A stretch of 64,000 nt of DNA from Patescibacteria group bacterium. GTDB taxonomy: Bacteria > Patescibacteriota > Minisyncoccia > Phycocordibacterales > Phycocordibacteraceae. The DNA lies in NCBI GenBank assembly GCA_040390125.1, contig JAZJYZ010000001.1:442396-506395 (forward strand). The letters are read 5' to 3'. Numbering within the stretch: position 1 is the first letter of the stretch; the number at the start of each line of letters is the position of its first letter. Of this stretch, positions 10,852 through 21,068 are shown in pieces. Both the position numbers and the translations under genes were made by a program. The notes below the pieces were generated by a model. The model saw only the letters and a list, made by a program, of their open reading frames with translations, searched no databases and had not been told where the DNA came from.

Positions 10852-12081
10852 GTGGAGAAGCAAAAGATAGATTTTTCAAAAATTCCTGATACTCCAGGTA
10901 TTTATGTCTTTCGGAAAGGAAAGAAGATTTTATATATAGGAAAGGCAACCTCGCTTCGAAGTAGAATCCGAAGTTACTTTGTTCAAAATATAGTTGAGAT
11001 TCGAAGTCCCTTGATTGCAAAGATTGTTGCAGATGCGGGCACGGTCACCTGGGAGGAAACCGATTCTGTATTGGAGGCATTCCTTCTTGAATCAAAAAGA
11101 ATTAAAGAACATCAGCCGCCAGGAAATACAGACGCAAAAGATAATAAGAGTTGGAATTACTTAGTGGTTACGAATGAGACATTTCCTCGTTTTCTTGTTG
11201 TGCGTGAGAGGGAGCTCACTTCTAAATTTTCGCCAGCTCTGATTAAACATCTATTTGGACCTTTCCCAAGTGGAGTAATGTTGAGGGGTGCTTTAAAAAT
11301 AATTCGAAGAATTTTTCCTTTCTTTGATACCAAGTTTTCTTTGGGTGGTGTTTTAAGTCCCGCAAATGCAAAGACACTCCGTTTCAATCAATCCATAGGG
11401 CTCTACCCACGAGAGCTCAATGAAGTCGAATACAAAAAAACAGTCCGGAATATTGTTCTTCTCTTTGAAGTGCAAAAATCAACTCTCTTAAAGACATTGG
11501 AGCGAGAGATGATGCGCTCTGCAAAAGCTGAGAATTTTGAAGAAGCCGATACCTTGAAGCGACAGGTTTTTGCACTAAGACACATTCAAGATATCAGTCT
11601 CGTAAAAGAAGAGCTTCGCACTCCCACAAGTTCTGAGTTTCGCATTGAAGCCTATGACACGGCACATATACGAGGTAGTGCTCCTCGAGGTGTTATGTCA
11701 GTCATAGTGGACGGAGAGGCTGTACCTGCCGAGTATAGAACGTTTACGATTCGAGACGCAAAAGCAGGCGATGACTATGCAGCGCTCACGGAAATAATCA
11801 CACGCAGGGCCAACCATCCTGAGTGGCCTTTCCCAAAGTTAGTGGTTATTGATGGAGGAAAGGTGCATTTAAACTTAGCCAAGAAGCTACTACTCAAGCT
11901 TGGAATTGATGCAGACGTGGTGTCGGTCGTAAAAGACGAACGGCACCGTCCACGGGAAATCCTGGGTGGTAGTGCCCTTGCAGTAACCCATGAATCCAGC
12001 ATTCTTCTGGCAAATAGCGAAGCGCATCGATTTGCCATTTCTCGTCACAGGCGAGCATTAAGGAAGTCTGGTTTGCAATGA
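10852..12081 (+). CDS. uvrC: Excinuclease ABC subunit C, short form (GIY-YIG + UVR + EndoV-like domains, no C-terminal HhH)
   Basis: GIY-YIG signature GIYVFRKGKKILYIGKATSLRSRIRSY, a UVR-like helix (ADTLKRQVFALRHIQ) and an RNaseH/EndoV-like segment (RIEAYDTAHIRGS...EYRTFTI). The ORF has a GTG start and is only 409 aa, so the (HhH)2 domain is missing. Confidence 0.8.
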   Translation: MEKQKIDFSKIPDTPGIYVFRKGKKILYIGKATSLRSRIRSYFVQNIVEIRSPLIAKIVADAGTVTWEETDSVLEAFLLESKRIKEHQPPGNTDAKDNKSWNYLVVTNETFPRFLVVRERELTSKFSPALIKHLFGPFPSGVMLRGALKIIRRIFPFFDTKFSLGGVLSPANAKTLRFNQSIGLYPRELNEVEYKKTVRNIVLLFEVQKSTLLKTLEREMMRSAKAENFEEADTLKRQVFALRHIQDISLVKEELRTPTSSEFRIEAYDTAHIRGSAPRGVMSVIVDGEAVPAEYRTFTIRDAKAGDDYAALTEIITRRANHPEWPFPKLVVIDGGKVHLNLAKKLLLKLGIDADVVSVVKDERHRPREILGGSALAVTHESSILLANSEAHRFAISRHRRALRKSGLQ

Positions 12082-12129
12082 GTTCTAATTTTGAAACCTA
12101 TTTTCTGAAGATGGGGTACAATATTTAGC

Positions 12130-13095
12130 ATGAAAACCGTCGCAGTCTTACGTGGAGGTCCCAGCAATGAGCACGAGGTCTCTTTAAAATCAGGTGCGAA
12201 TGTTTTGAGTCATTTACAGAGAGAGCCGTACCGTGCAATAGACATTTTTGTAGACAAGAAAGGTGTATGGCATGTGCGTGGTGTCCCCATTGATCCTGAA
12301 CGGGCATTGAGTTCTGTGGATGTGGCATTTAACGTCATCCATGGGCACTACGGCGAAGATGGTACCTTACAGCGGATTTTAGATAGAATTGGCATCCCCT
12401 ATACCGGAGCTACTGCACTGTCTGCAGGACTTTCAATGAACAAGGTTCTCACGAAGGAAATGCTGGCTTCTTCTGGAATCAAAATGGCTCACCATGCAGT
12501 TTTGAGCGTGTCACCAACTCTTGATAAAGACATACTCGAATTGTTTCGAAAATTTCCTCAACCTTCCGTTATAAAGCCAAACGCTTCTGGATCGTCTGTA
12601 GGTGTCACTATTGCTCGGAATTTTGATGAATTTGCAGAAGGTATCAAAAAAGCGTTTGCACATTCTTCGCAAGTGCTGATTGAAGAATACATACAGGGGA
12701 AAGAAGCGACGGTAGGTATTGTGGAGGGTCTGCGGGGTGAGAAACATTATGACCTTCTTCCTGTTGAAATAGTGCCCCCGCCGAATGCAAACTTTTTTGA
12801 CTATGAATTCAAATATAACGGACAAACTACGGAGCGTGTGCCTGGGAACTTTACGCACGAAGAAACTAAAGAGCTCCAGCGATTGGCTGCTCTTGCACAT
12901 GAAAAGATAGGACTTCGACACTATTCTCGCTCTGACTTTATTGTGTCCCCTCGAGGCATCTATTTTCTTGAAGTGAACAGTGCCGCTGGTGTTGGTCTGA
13001 CAGAACAATCACTCCTGCCGAAAGCCCTTGCTGCAGTAGGTATTTCGATGGACGAATTTGTAGATCACGTCATTGCATCTGCCCTTAAGAAATAG
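12130..13095 (+). CDS. ddl: D-alanine--D-alanine ligase
   Basis: 321 aa with the ATP-grasp fold. The N-terminal VAVLRGGPSNEHEVSLKSG is typical of Ddl. Confidence 0.9.
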   Translation: MKTVAVLRGGPSNEHEVSLKSGANVLSHLQREPYRAIDIFVDKKGVWHVRGVPIDPERALSSVDVAFNVIHGHYGEDGTLQRILDRIGIPYTGATALSAGLSMNKVLTKEMLASSGIKMAHHAVLSVSPTLDKDILELFRKFPQPSVIKPNASGSSVGVTIARNFDEFAEGIKKAFAHSSQVLIEEYIQGKEATVGIVEGLRGEKHYDLLPVEIVPPPNANFFDYEFKYNGQTTERVPGNFTHEETKELQRLAALAHEKIGLRHYSRSDFIVSPRGIYFLEVNSAAGVGLTEQSLLPKALAAVGISMDEFVDHVIASALKK

Positions 13096-13098
13096 TCT

Positions 13099-13437
13099 AT
13101 GAATATTCATCTGACTGATAAGAAGTGTGTTGCTTGTGAGGGTGGGGTGCCAGCACTGAGTAGTGAACAGTGTACAGAGTACAGTGAACAGGTTCCGGAA
13201 TGGAGCATAGCTGAAGATGAAAAATCAATTTCACGAAAATTTACATTCAAAGATTTTAAGGAGGCCCTGGCTTTCGTGGATAAGGTTGGCGTTATTGCTG
13301 AGGATGAAGGACATCACCCTGACATGAATCTTTTTGGGTATAAGAATGTACTGATTACGCTATCGACCCACGCTATAGGAGGTCTCTCTGAAAACGATTT
13401 TATTGTCGCTGCAAAAATTGATTTACTGCAAAAGTAA
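13099..13437 (+). CDS. Pterin-4a-carbinolamine dehydratase (PCD/DCoH family)
   Basis: 112 aa. The core motif is EDEGHHPDMNLFGYKNVLITLSTHAIGGLSENDF. Confidence 0.7.
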   Translation: MNIHLTDKKCVACEGGVPALSSEQCTEYSEQVPEWSIAEDEKSISRKFTFKDFKEALAFVDKVGVIAEDEGHHPDMNLFGYKNVLITLSTHAIGGLSENDFIVAAKIDLLQK

Positions 13438-13503
13438 ATGACAGATATATGCGGGACTCTAGCTTAGTATTTCGAAGTCCTTTCTCTATGGAATGTGCTC
13501 AGC

Positions 13504-14007
13504 TCATTGCCACACTTTCCTAAGTTCGGCGTCAAGCAGATTATTATCTAAGTCGTTCTTTACCACTAAACAGTCTTCGCCTTCGGGTTCCTCCCAATGC
13601 CGAGGTATCCACGCAGCTAGCAAACCTATATCAAAATGATGATTTGTGCGAGTGCTAAGGCGGTCTTTGATAACTTCTAGTGGAGCTTTGACATGAATCA
13701 GTCGCACTGCACCGCCAAAACTACGTACCAATGCACGGGATTTTCTGTCGGGTAAGGGATGAGTAACAAGAGCATGAGAAACCCCACTTGTTTGGAGTTT
13801 AACAATGATCCGTTTTAATTGCTGATGTCGATGCGCAAGAGTAAATCTACTTTCTGCTATTGCCCGACGATCATCCTCGGTATGGAAATCATCTCCCTCA
13901 TAGCTTGGGATACCAGTCATCTCTGAGATTCGTTTTGCAATATAAGTTTTTCCAGAACCAGGAATACCAAAGAACCAGTCCACTTTCATTTGTTCAACTC
14001 CATTCAT
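13504..14007 (-). CDS. Predicted P-loop kinase (AAA_33-like), immediately downstream of and co-oriented with tRNA-Cys
   Basis: 167 aa. Walker A FFGIPGSGKTYIAKRI. No further family assignment is possible by eye. Confidence 0.5.
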   Translation of the reverse strand: MNGVEQMKVDWFFGIPGSGKTYIAKRISEMTGIPSYEGDDFHTEDDRRAIAESRFTLAHRHQQLKRIIVKLQTSGVSHALVTHPLPDRKSRALVRSFGGAVRLIHVKAPLEVIKDRLSTRTNHHFDIGLLAAWIPRHWEEPEGEDCLVVKNDLDNNLLDAELRKVWQ

Positions 14008-14043
14008 ACGCCCTGCACGTTTATGTTTCCGCCTTTACTGTTG

Positions 14044-14116
14044 TGGACCGTGCCGGTTTCGAACCGGCTACCTCCGCATTGCAAATGCGGCGCTCTACCA
14101 ATTGAGCTAACGGCCC
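14044..14116 (-). tRNA. tRNA-Cys (anticodon GCA)
   Basis: The reverse complement reads GGGCCGTTAGCTCAATTGGTAGAGCGCCGCATTTGCAATGCGGAGGTAGCCGGTTCGAAACCGGCACGGTCCA. It has a cloverleaf with a GTTCGAA T-loop, and the anticodon loop tTGCAaa gives GCA. Confidence 0.85.
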
Positions 14117-14273
14117 TACTTTTGAAAAGAAGAGTTTTATGACCCCTCAATGAAGAAGAGAATACCACGAGTGTCGAATCTGTGCACCTGTTAGGTGGCT
14201 GGATATGTAGACTTAATCCAATATTTCAACATACGGACCTCTATTGTTATACTACGAATATAAGTATATTTAA

Positions 14274-15185
14274 ATGAAAAAAACACCTCAAACTATAGCT
14301 GTGAAAGGAACCTTCAAACTCAAGTCGGGATTAGCTGACATGCTGAAAGGAGGCGTCATTATGGACGTGGTAAATGCAGAGCATGCAAAGATTGCAGAAG
14401 ATGCAGGGGCAGTTGCAGTAATGGCCCTTGAGCGAGTGCCATCGGATATTCGTGCAATGGGCGGTGTGGCTCGCATGTCTGATCCAAAAATGATTAAAGG
14501 AATACAGTCTGCCGTTACTATTCCCGTCATGGCAAAGTGCAGGATAGGGCATTTTGTGGAGGCGCAGGTACTTGAAGCTTTGAGTGTTGATTTTATAGAT
14601 GAAAGCGAAGTGCTCACTCCTGCGGACGAGCAATATCACATTTCAAAGGAAAATTTCACTACGCCGTTTGTGTGCGGTGCTCGTGATTTAGGAGAAGCTC
14701 TCCGTAGGATTTCAGAAGGTGCTGCAATGATACGAACAAAGGGCGAGGCAGGAAGTGGAAACATTGTGGAGGCAGTACGGCACATTCGTACGATGCAGAG
14801 CGGTATTGCTGAACTCGTCGAACTGCTCAAGAAAAAGAATACAAAAAAACTACGAGCACTTGCACAAGAATATAGAGTTTCATATGAGTTGGTATTGAAA
14901 GTAGCTCGGCTTGGACGATTGCCTGTAGTTAATTTTGCAGCAGGAGGTATTGCAACTCCTGCGGACGCAGCACTTTGTATGCAACTCGGTGTTGACGGTG
15001 TGTTTGTGGGTTCCGGTATCTTCAAGAGTTCCAATCCAAAAAAGACAGCACGGGCAATTGTTGATGCAGTTGCACACTTCAATGATGCAAAAATTATAGC
15101 CACAGCGAGTGAAAATGTAGGGGAGGCTATGAAGGGTGAGGAAATTTCTACACTAAAAACACGCTTAGCAAGTCGAGGCATTTGA
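14274..15185 (+). CDS. pdxS: Pyridoxal 5'-phosphate synthase lyase subunit PdxS (Pdx1)
   Basis: 303 aa. [35 protein letters not shown] is a hallmark of PdxS. Confidence 0.95.
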   Translation: MKKTPQTIAVKGTFKLKSGLADMLKGGVIMDVVNAEHAKIAEDAGAVAVMALERVPSDIRAMGGVARMSDPKMIKGIQSAVTIPVMAKCRIGHFVEAQVLEALSVDFIDESEVLTPADEQYHISKENFTTPFVCGARDLGEALRRISEGAAMIRTKGEAGSGNIVEAVRHIRTMQSGIAELVELLKKKNTKKLRALAQEYRVSYELVLKVARLGRLPVVNFAAGGIATPADAALCMQLGVDGVFVGSGIFKSSNPKKTARAIVDAVAHFNDAKIIATASENVGEAMKGEEISTLKTRLASRGI

Positions 15186-15192
15186 TTTTCAC

Positions 15193-15792
15193 ATGCAGTC
15201 TCTTACGGTAGGTGTTCTTGCGCTTCAGGGCGATGTTAGTGAGCATGTGCAGGCAACTAATAAGGCAAGTCAGGGTCTAAAAATTTCAGTTATCGTCATA
15301 CCTGTTCGAACGCTGAACGATTTAAAAAATCTTGATGCGCTTATTATCCCAGGCGGTGAAAGTACCACCATGCAGAAGCTTTGCGAGAGAGAGGGAATGT
15401 TTGAGGCGATGAAAAAAGTGAAAAATATTTTTGGCACGTGTGCGGGGGCAATTCTTTTGGGAAAAGAAGTTTTGCATAAAACATCAGACCAAAAAACGTT
15501 GGAACTCATGGATATTGAAGTCGACAGAAACGCCTATGGCAGGCAGAACGAATCTTTTGAAAAAGTTATTGACACAGAATTTGGAACAATGAACGCTGTT
15601 TTTATACGTGCTCCAAAAATACAAAAAATTGGAAAGAAATTGAAAATACTTGCTAGAAATGGAACTGAAATAGTCGCTTGTGAGGAAAGGGTAGGGAATA
15701 GGTATTACTTAGCGACATGTTTTCATCCGGAATATACCTCAATCTCTTTTCATAAGCATTTTTTACGGCAAGCTCTATTGCATTTGTCTTAA
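15193..15792 (+). CDS. pdxT: Pyridoxal 5'-phosphate synthase glutaminase subunit PdxT (Pdx2)
   Basis: 199 aa class I glutamine amidotransferase (GVLALQGDVSEHV; GTCAGAILL). Adjacent to pdxS. Confidence 0.9.
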   Translation: MQSLTVGVLALQGDVSEHVQATNKASQGLKISVIVIPVRTLNDLKNLDALIIPGGESTTMQKLCEREGMFEAMKKVKNIFGTCAGAILLGKEVLHKTSDQKTLELMDIEVDRNAYGRQNESFEKVIDTEFGTMNAVFIRAPKIQKIGKKLKILARNGTEIVACEERVGNRYYLATCFHPEYTSISFHKHFLRQALLHLS

Positions 15793-15861
15793 ATAAGTGT
15801 TGATATCACAACACAAAATTTTATTGCGACCAAATCTCTTCGGTGATACCGTTTTGAGAGT

Positions 15862-17319
15862 ATGGCTGAAAAAATGCTAGAGCGAAAACGCTTAGAGCCT
15901 GGCAGAGCACTAGCGAGCTCGGAGGCTGTCTGGGAAAGTAGAAACTTAAGACTTCTAGAGGAATATATTTTAATTCCCAATAAATCTCCGCACTTCGATC
16001 CTGATTGGAAACAGAGTGGGCACATGGATCGTGCGGTAGATCTCTATGTAAATTGGGCAACTGATCGACAAAAAACAATTCCTGGTCTTTCCGTCGAACT
16101 ATTGGAAATTCCAGGCAAGACCCCACTCATTTATCTTGAAATTCCAGGAACTCTTCCTAAGGGGGAAGGAACGGAGAAAAATATTCTTCTTTATGGGCAC
16201 CTCGATAAGCAACCCGAGTTTACAGGTTGGAAGGAAGGTCTTGATCCTTGGAAGCCTGTTCGTCGAGGAAACCGTTTGTATGGACGGGGCGGGGCAGATG
16301 ATGGTTATGCGATGCCCGCAGCACTTACTGCATATGAGTTGTTGGCAGAACAGGGTATTCCGTATGCTAATGCACGCATAATTATTGAAGCAAGCGAAGA
16401 GAGTGGAAGTCCCGATTTACCGGACTACTTAAAAATGCTTGCGCCACGAATTGGTACACCAGACATGGTGATTTGTCTTGATTCAGGAGCAGGAGACTAC
16501 AAGCGTCTTTGGAACACAACTTCACTTCGAGGGCTTGTTGCAGGCACTCTTGAAGTTAAAATTCTTGAGAATGGAGTTCATTCAGGATACGGAAGTGGCA
16601 TTGCAGCGGATCCTCATCGTATAGCGGGGAACCTACTCTCACGAATTCAAAACCCAGAAACTGGCGAAGTGACTTTACCAGCACTTCACTCCGACATACC
16701 CCCAGAGCGAATTAAAGAAGCGAAGCAAACGGCAGAATTACTTGGAGATGAGATTGCTGCCAGTCTTCCATTTGTGGAGGGTGCAAGACCTATGAATGAA
16801 GATCCAACAGAGCTGTTATTAAACAGAACTTGGAGGCCGGCAATTACAGTCATAGGTGCAGATGGGCTTCCATCCGTCGAGACGGCTGGAAATACTCTTG
16901 CACCTGGAGTTGACTGGAGACTTTCAACTCGTATTCCAGCAGGAGTTGATGCAAAGGAAGCTTCCCTCGCCATGAAAGAAGCTCTTGAAAAAGATCCACC
17001 GAACGGAGCGCATGTAAAATTTAATGCAAGCGGTTCAGAGGGCTGGAATGCCCCTAAATCGGAGCCGTGGCTTGAGGAAAGTTTAAATACTGCGTCACAG
17101 AATTATTTTGGTAATCCATCTGCTGGAGAAGGTCAGGGCGGTTCAATTCCTTTCATGAAAATGCTCGGAGATCAGTTTCCCCAGGCTCAGTTTTTGGTTA
17201 CTGGAGTACTTGGACCTGAGTCGAACGCTCATGGTCCAAACGAATTCCTTGAGATTGATTTTGTTAAGAAACTTAATGCCGCCGTTGCACAAGTGATTTC
17301 CGATCACGCAGCTTCGTAA
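15862..17319 (+). CDS. M20 family metallopeptidase (dipeptidase-like)
   Basis: 485 aa. YGHLDKQPEF...GRGGADDGYAM metal-binding motifs of the M20 family. Confidence 0.8.
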   Translation: MAEKMLERKRLEPGRALASSEAVWESRNLRLLEEYILIPNKSPHFDPDWKQSGHMDRAVDLYVNWATDRQKTIPGLSVELLEIPGKTPLIYLEIPGTLPKGEGTEKNILLYGHLDKQPEFTGWKEGLDPWKPVRRGNRLYGRGGADDGYAMPAALTAYELLAEQGIPYANARIIIEASEESGSPDLPDYLKMLAPRIGTPDMVICLDSGAGDYKRLWNTTSLRGLVAGTLEVKILENGVHSGYGSGIAADPHRIAGNLLSRIQNPETGEVTLPALHSDIPPERIKEAKQTAELLGDEIAASLPFVEGARPMNEDPTELLLNRTWRPAITVIGADGLPSVETAGNTLAPGVDWRLSTRIPAGVDAKEASLAMKEALEKDPPNGAHVKFNASGSEGWNAPKSEPWLEESLNTASQNYFGNPSAGEGQGGSIPFMKMLGDQFPQAQFLVTGVLGPESNAHGPNEFLEIDFVKKLNAAVAQVISDHAAS

Positions 17320-17325
17320 AGAATT

Positions 17326-18420
17326 TTATTTCCCCTGTCCGTAATATTTTTTCAGAAGAGCAACGTGTTCTTCGTAGGTAACTGAACAGTGAAAATCTCC
17401 ATGCTTGTCATGGAAGTAGAAGAAGCACTCTGTTTTCTTAGGATTGAGTGCAGCAATAACTGCTGCGACAGAAGGATTGGAGATGGGGGCTGGTGGAAGA
17501 CCTGGGTTTAAGTAGGTGTTGTAGTGTGATTTGATGTATTTATCCTTCGGCACTACTTTTGGCCACCATACATCGTTCTTGCCTTTGCTTGCAGAACCCT
17601 TTGCGTACTGCAGTGTCGAATCAATCTGTAGGTTCATGCCGTCCCAGATTCTGTTCCAAATGATGCCGGATATTATACGCATCTCATCCGGGTCGCTTGT
17701 TTCGCGCTCCAGTAGCGATGCAATAGTTAAAGCTTCATCTAAAGGCACTGTAGCTTCAGTTGAAGTGCCGTAGCGTGCGAGCACGGTGTCATAAAATCTT
17801 TCATAGAGAGCAGTCTCTATTGCCGGAAGATCCTTTCCGTCATTAACCACGTATGTTCCTGGTGCAAATGTACCTTCTTTCAGGGCTGGTGTTGTTTCGT
17901 TCATGTGCTTGAGGAATTTCGCTCGGTCTTCTTTACTCCACCCTAATGTTTTTGCAAAAGCCTGCGCTACCTCTTCTTGTCTGTAGCCAGGGTAAATAGT
18001 AACGAAACGCATACCCGCTGCACCCACTAGCCCATAACCAGGTACCGATGCAATTATGCTCGCAATCTGACCGAACAGCCCCTTTGCTTTGAGGGAAGCG
18101 GCTGATATGGACGGGTTTTCGTTTACGAATAGAGCATCAACTTCTGGGCTCTCGGTTATAGATTTTTCTTGTGGGTTAACGCTAACAGGAAAGGGTTTGA
18201 CTGCAGGCATTGATGCTTCTTGTTGAATTTGGAAAGAGAAAAATGGAGGAAAGGAAAGTACCGCAATGCCGATAGTCACCGCTATCGCTACACCCCACCA
18301 CAAGGGCTTTTTGCTTAGTATTTTTCTCCTCCTCCGAACACTTCGCAGTAAGGGTTTTGAAGATGAAAAACCTGCCATACAAAGAAGAGTATATCGTTTA
18401 ATCTGCTTCGAAGAGTTCAC
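17326..18420 (-). CDS. mltG: MltG/YceG-like endolytic murein transglycosylase, copy 1, membrane anchored
   Basis: 364 aa. N-terminal TM segment and the MltG signature YNTYLNPGLPPAPISNPS. The 3' end overlaps prs by 23 nt. Confidence 0.75.
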   Translation of the reverse strand: MNSSKQIKRYTLLCMAGFSSSKPLLRSVRRRRKILSKKPLWWGVAIAVTIGIAVLSFPPFFSFQIQQEASMPAVKPFPVSVNPQEKSITESPEVDALFVNENPSISAASLKAKGLFGQIASIIASVPGYGLVGAAGMRFVTIYPGYRQEEVAQAFAKTLGWSKEDRAKFLKHMNETTPALKEGTFAPGTYVVNDGKDLPAIETALYERFYDTVLARYGTSTEATVPLDEALTIASLLERETSDPDEMRIISGIIWNRIWDGMNLQIDSTLQYAKGSASKGKNDVWWPKVVPKDKYIKSHYNTYLNPGLPPAPISNPSVAAVIAALNPKKTECFFYFHDKHGDFHCSVTYEEHVALLKKYYGQGK

Positions 18421-19372
18421 TCAATGATTCACCCTTGTTGATACGATTGATCGCTTTCCCAAATATTTCAGCAACTGAAATTACTTGTATTTTTGATGAG
18501 AGTGCTTGTTTTGGAAGAATGGTGTCGGTAATAAAGACTTTTTTTACTTCGCACCTATCAATAGCCGACATGGCATCACCTGAAAGCACTCCATGTGTTG
18601 CGGCGGCGTATATTTCCGTAGCACCGTTCTCTTTGAGAAGTGCACTCGCTTTTTCTAGAGTCCCACAGGTGTCGAGCATGTCGTCAATAATGAGTGCAAC
18701 TTTACCTTTTACATCCCCAACCAACTTCATTGAAGTTACTTGATTAGGAATTTCTCGCTGTTTGTGGATTATAGCCAGGTCAACATTGCGAGTAAGGCGT
18801 TTTGCATATGACTGTGCACGACTCACTCCGCCCACATCAGGGGAAACAACAACCAACTCTTCTTTTGCGAGTGCCTCAGCAAAGAACGATTGAAAAAATG
18901 AAATGAAGACCGGACGTGCGTACAGATAGTCAACGTTTGTGGTACGAAAGAATCCCCCAATGGAATCGGTATGAAGGTCCATTGCTAAAATTTTGTCTGC
19001 TCCCAAAGTCTCTAAAATCATTGCAAATACACGGGCGGATATTGGTTCACGTGGTTTCGCTTTTCGTTCCTGTCTTGCGTATCCGTAATAGGGAAGGACG
19101 GCAGTAATTTCTCTAGCGGATGCACCCCGTGCGGCCTCTATAGCGAGGAAAAGGCGGGTCCAGTGTTCAGCGGGCGGGTTTGTTGATTGAATGAGAAAGA
19201 TGTCCTTGCCACGCAAGTTTTCCATGAACTGTACGTGTTGTTCTCCATCAGAGAAGGTTTTGAGTCGTACCTTTCCCAAAGAGATGCCAAGATTGGATGC
19301 AATATTTTCGGCAAGAGGGTCATTCGAGCCCAAACTGAATACAGCGTAGTCCATTGCTAGGGAGTATATCAA
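18398..19372 (-). CDS. prs: Ribose-phosphate pyrophosphokinase
   Basis: 324 aa with N-terminal and C-terminal PRTase-type domains. The PRPP-binding loop is IIDDMLDTCGT. Confidence 0.9.
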   Translation of the reverse strand: MIYSLAMDYAVFSLGSNDPLAENIASNLGISLGKVRLKTFSDGEQHVQFMENLRGKDIFLIQSTNPPAEHWTRLFLAIEAARGASAREITAVLPYYGYARQERKAKPREPISARVFAMILETLGADKILAMDLHTDSIGGFFRTTNVDYLYARPVFISFFQSFFAEALAKEELVVVSPDVGGVSRAQSYAKRLTRNVDLAIIHKQREIPNQVTSMKLVGDVKGKVALIIDDMLDTCGTLEKASALLKENGATEIYAAATHGVLSGDAMSAIDRCEVKKVFITDTILPKQALSSKIQVISVAEIFGKAINRINKGESLSELFEAD

Positions 19373-19482
19373 GAACTATCTCTAATGTGTAACGTTTCTT
19401 GCATACAGGAGGTTATTGTTTGGGTGGCAGAATTAATGCATGAAAACACAGTCTGCCTTATACTGGCGTCTATAGATTCTGT

Positions 19483-19911
19483 ATGATTACCGTTGGTCAA
19501 TTGAAAGAGGTATCTATTGAGAACTGTAAGGAACTGGAACTCCTTGCAAGCGCTTTGCATGTGAGTGAGCGTAAAACATCACCGAAAGAGATTGATGCAA
19601 TTCTTAAAAATCCATACATTATTTTCGTTGTTGCAAAAGATGACAGTCGTATTATTGGCATGGGCGCACTCTATCTTAATCAAAAAATTGGCAAGCTTGC
19701 TGGATATATAGATGACGTCATTGTTGATGCCACGTATCGGGGGCAGGGCTTGGGGGAAAAAATTGTTCAAGCGATTATTACATCTGCACGGGAGCACCAC
19801 GTACCATCAATTACACTTACATCGAGCTCCAAGCGTACGGCTGCACATAGACTCTATGAGAAACTTGGTTTCAAAAAGTACGAAACCAATGTTTTTAAGA
19901 TTTCTTTGTAA
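19483..19911 (+). CDS. GNAT family N-acetyltransferase
   Basis: 142 aa. Acetyl-CoA binding motif YRGQGLGEKIVQAII. Confidence 0.75.
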   Translation: MITVGQLKEVSIENCKELELLASALHVSERKTSPKEIDAILKNPYIIFVVAKDDSRIIGMGALYLNQKIGKLAGYIDDVIVDATYRGQGLGEKIVQAIITSAREHHVPSITLTSSSKRTAAHRLYEKLGFKKYETNVFKISL

Positions 19912-19922
19912 TACCTTTTCAT

Positions 19923-21068
19923 ATGTCACGGGTAAAAATTACGGAATACCGAGCTAAGAAACTTATACTTGGAGACGTATATGCTGGTCTCTCCTTGTCG
20001 GATATCTCTCATGTTGGGTTTACGAAACCCAACATGGTGGTGAAGGTTGATCAAGGGGTTAAGAAACGCTTCAAGCAGGGGCTTGTTGCGGTCAATGTTT
20101 CTTCAAAGGAGGTAGGGCAGAAAGTAAAAGAATGGGAACAGCGAGGCTTTTCTCGTTTCCTTGCGGAGCCGTATGTACCGCATGAGGAGTCGGAAGAGCA
20201 GTATCTCTCGCTTGAGCGAGTACGGAGTGGTATACGGATATTGCATGCGTCTGCCGGTGGTATAGATATCGAAGCGCACCCTGAGCTAGTAAAAACATAT
20301 CTCATCAACCCGGCACTCCCATATATGGGAGTGCCGGGAATTCCTAAAAAATTCTTACAGCACCTCCTGGAGGTATTTGAGAAAAACTTTTTTTCCTTTC
20401 TTGAAATCAATCCACTCGTTGTTCGGGAGAATGAAGTGTATCTCCTTGACGCTGCGGTGCTTGTAGACAGTGCTGGAGTATTTTTTGTGAACGGTGCGTG
20501 GACTGAAGCTGATATTGTTGAAGGCAAAGCACGACACTCCGCAGAAGAAAAAGTACAGGCACTACAAAAAACAACCCCGGCATCCTTGAAGCTCACTACT
20601 CTTCACCCTAGGGGTGGTTTATTTTTTCTTTTATCGGGAGGTGGTGGAAGTATCGTTATTGCAGATGAAGCGGAGCTTAATGGCGTCGGAAAATCTATCG
20701 GCAATTATGGAGAGTATAGCGGTGGTCCGACTCGAGAAGAAACACACCTCTATGCTAGAGAGGTAATTCAACTTTTACTTGATTCTCCCGCAAAGAAAAA
20801 AGCACTCGTTATTGCGGGTGGAATTGCAAACTTTACTGATATCAAAGCAACTTTTGCAGGCATCATTGATGCCTTGTCGGAGTGTGCGGGCGCACTTCGA
20901 AAGAGTGGAGTTAAGGTCTTTGTGCGTCGTGGTGGGCCGAATGAAGCAGAAGGACTTCTCTACATGGAAGAGTACCTAAAGAGGGAAAAGATACTTGGGG
21001 CGGTTTATGGATCGAGTTCAGTGATTACGAGTGCGGTGGACGATGCAATAGCATTTCTAAAAACATGA
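19923..21068 (+). CDS. aclB: ATP-citrate lyase, small (ATP-grasp) subunit; colinear with the N-terminal part of eukaryotic ACLY
   Basis: 381 aa. FLAEPYVPHEESEEQY, FLEINPLVV, ASLKLTTLHPRGG, NYGEYSGGPTREETHLYA, IAGGIANFTD and VFVRRGGPN align block by block with the human ACLY N-terminus. Confidence 0.85.
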   Translation: MSRVKITEYRAKKLILGDVYAGLSLSDISHVGFTKPNMVVKVDQGVKKRFKQGLVAVNVSSKEVGQKVKEWEQRGFSRFLAEPYVPHEESEEQYLSLERVRSGIRILHASAGGIDIEAHPELVKTYLINPALPYMGVPGIPKKFLQHLLEVFEKNFFSFLEINPLVVRENEVYLLDAAVLVDSAGVFFVNGAWTEADIVEGKARHSAEEKVQALQKTTPASLKLTTLHPRGGLFFLLSGGGGSIVIADEAELNGVGKSIGNYGEYSGGPTREETHLYAREVIQLLLDSPAKKKALVIAGGIANFTDIKATFAGIIDALSECAGALRKSGVKVFVRRGGPNEAEGLLYMEEYLKREKILGAVYGSSSVITSAVDDAIAFLKT

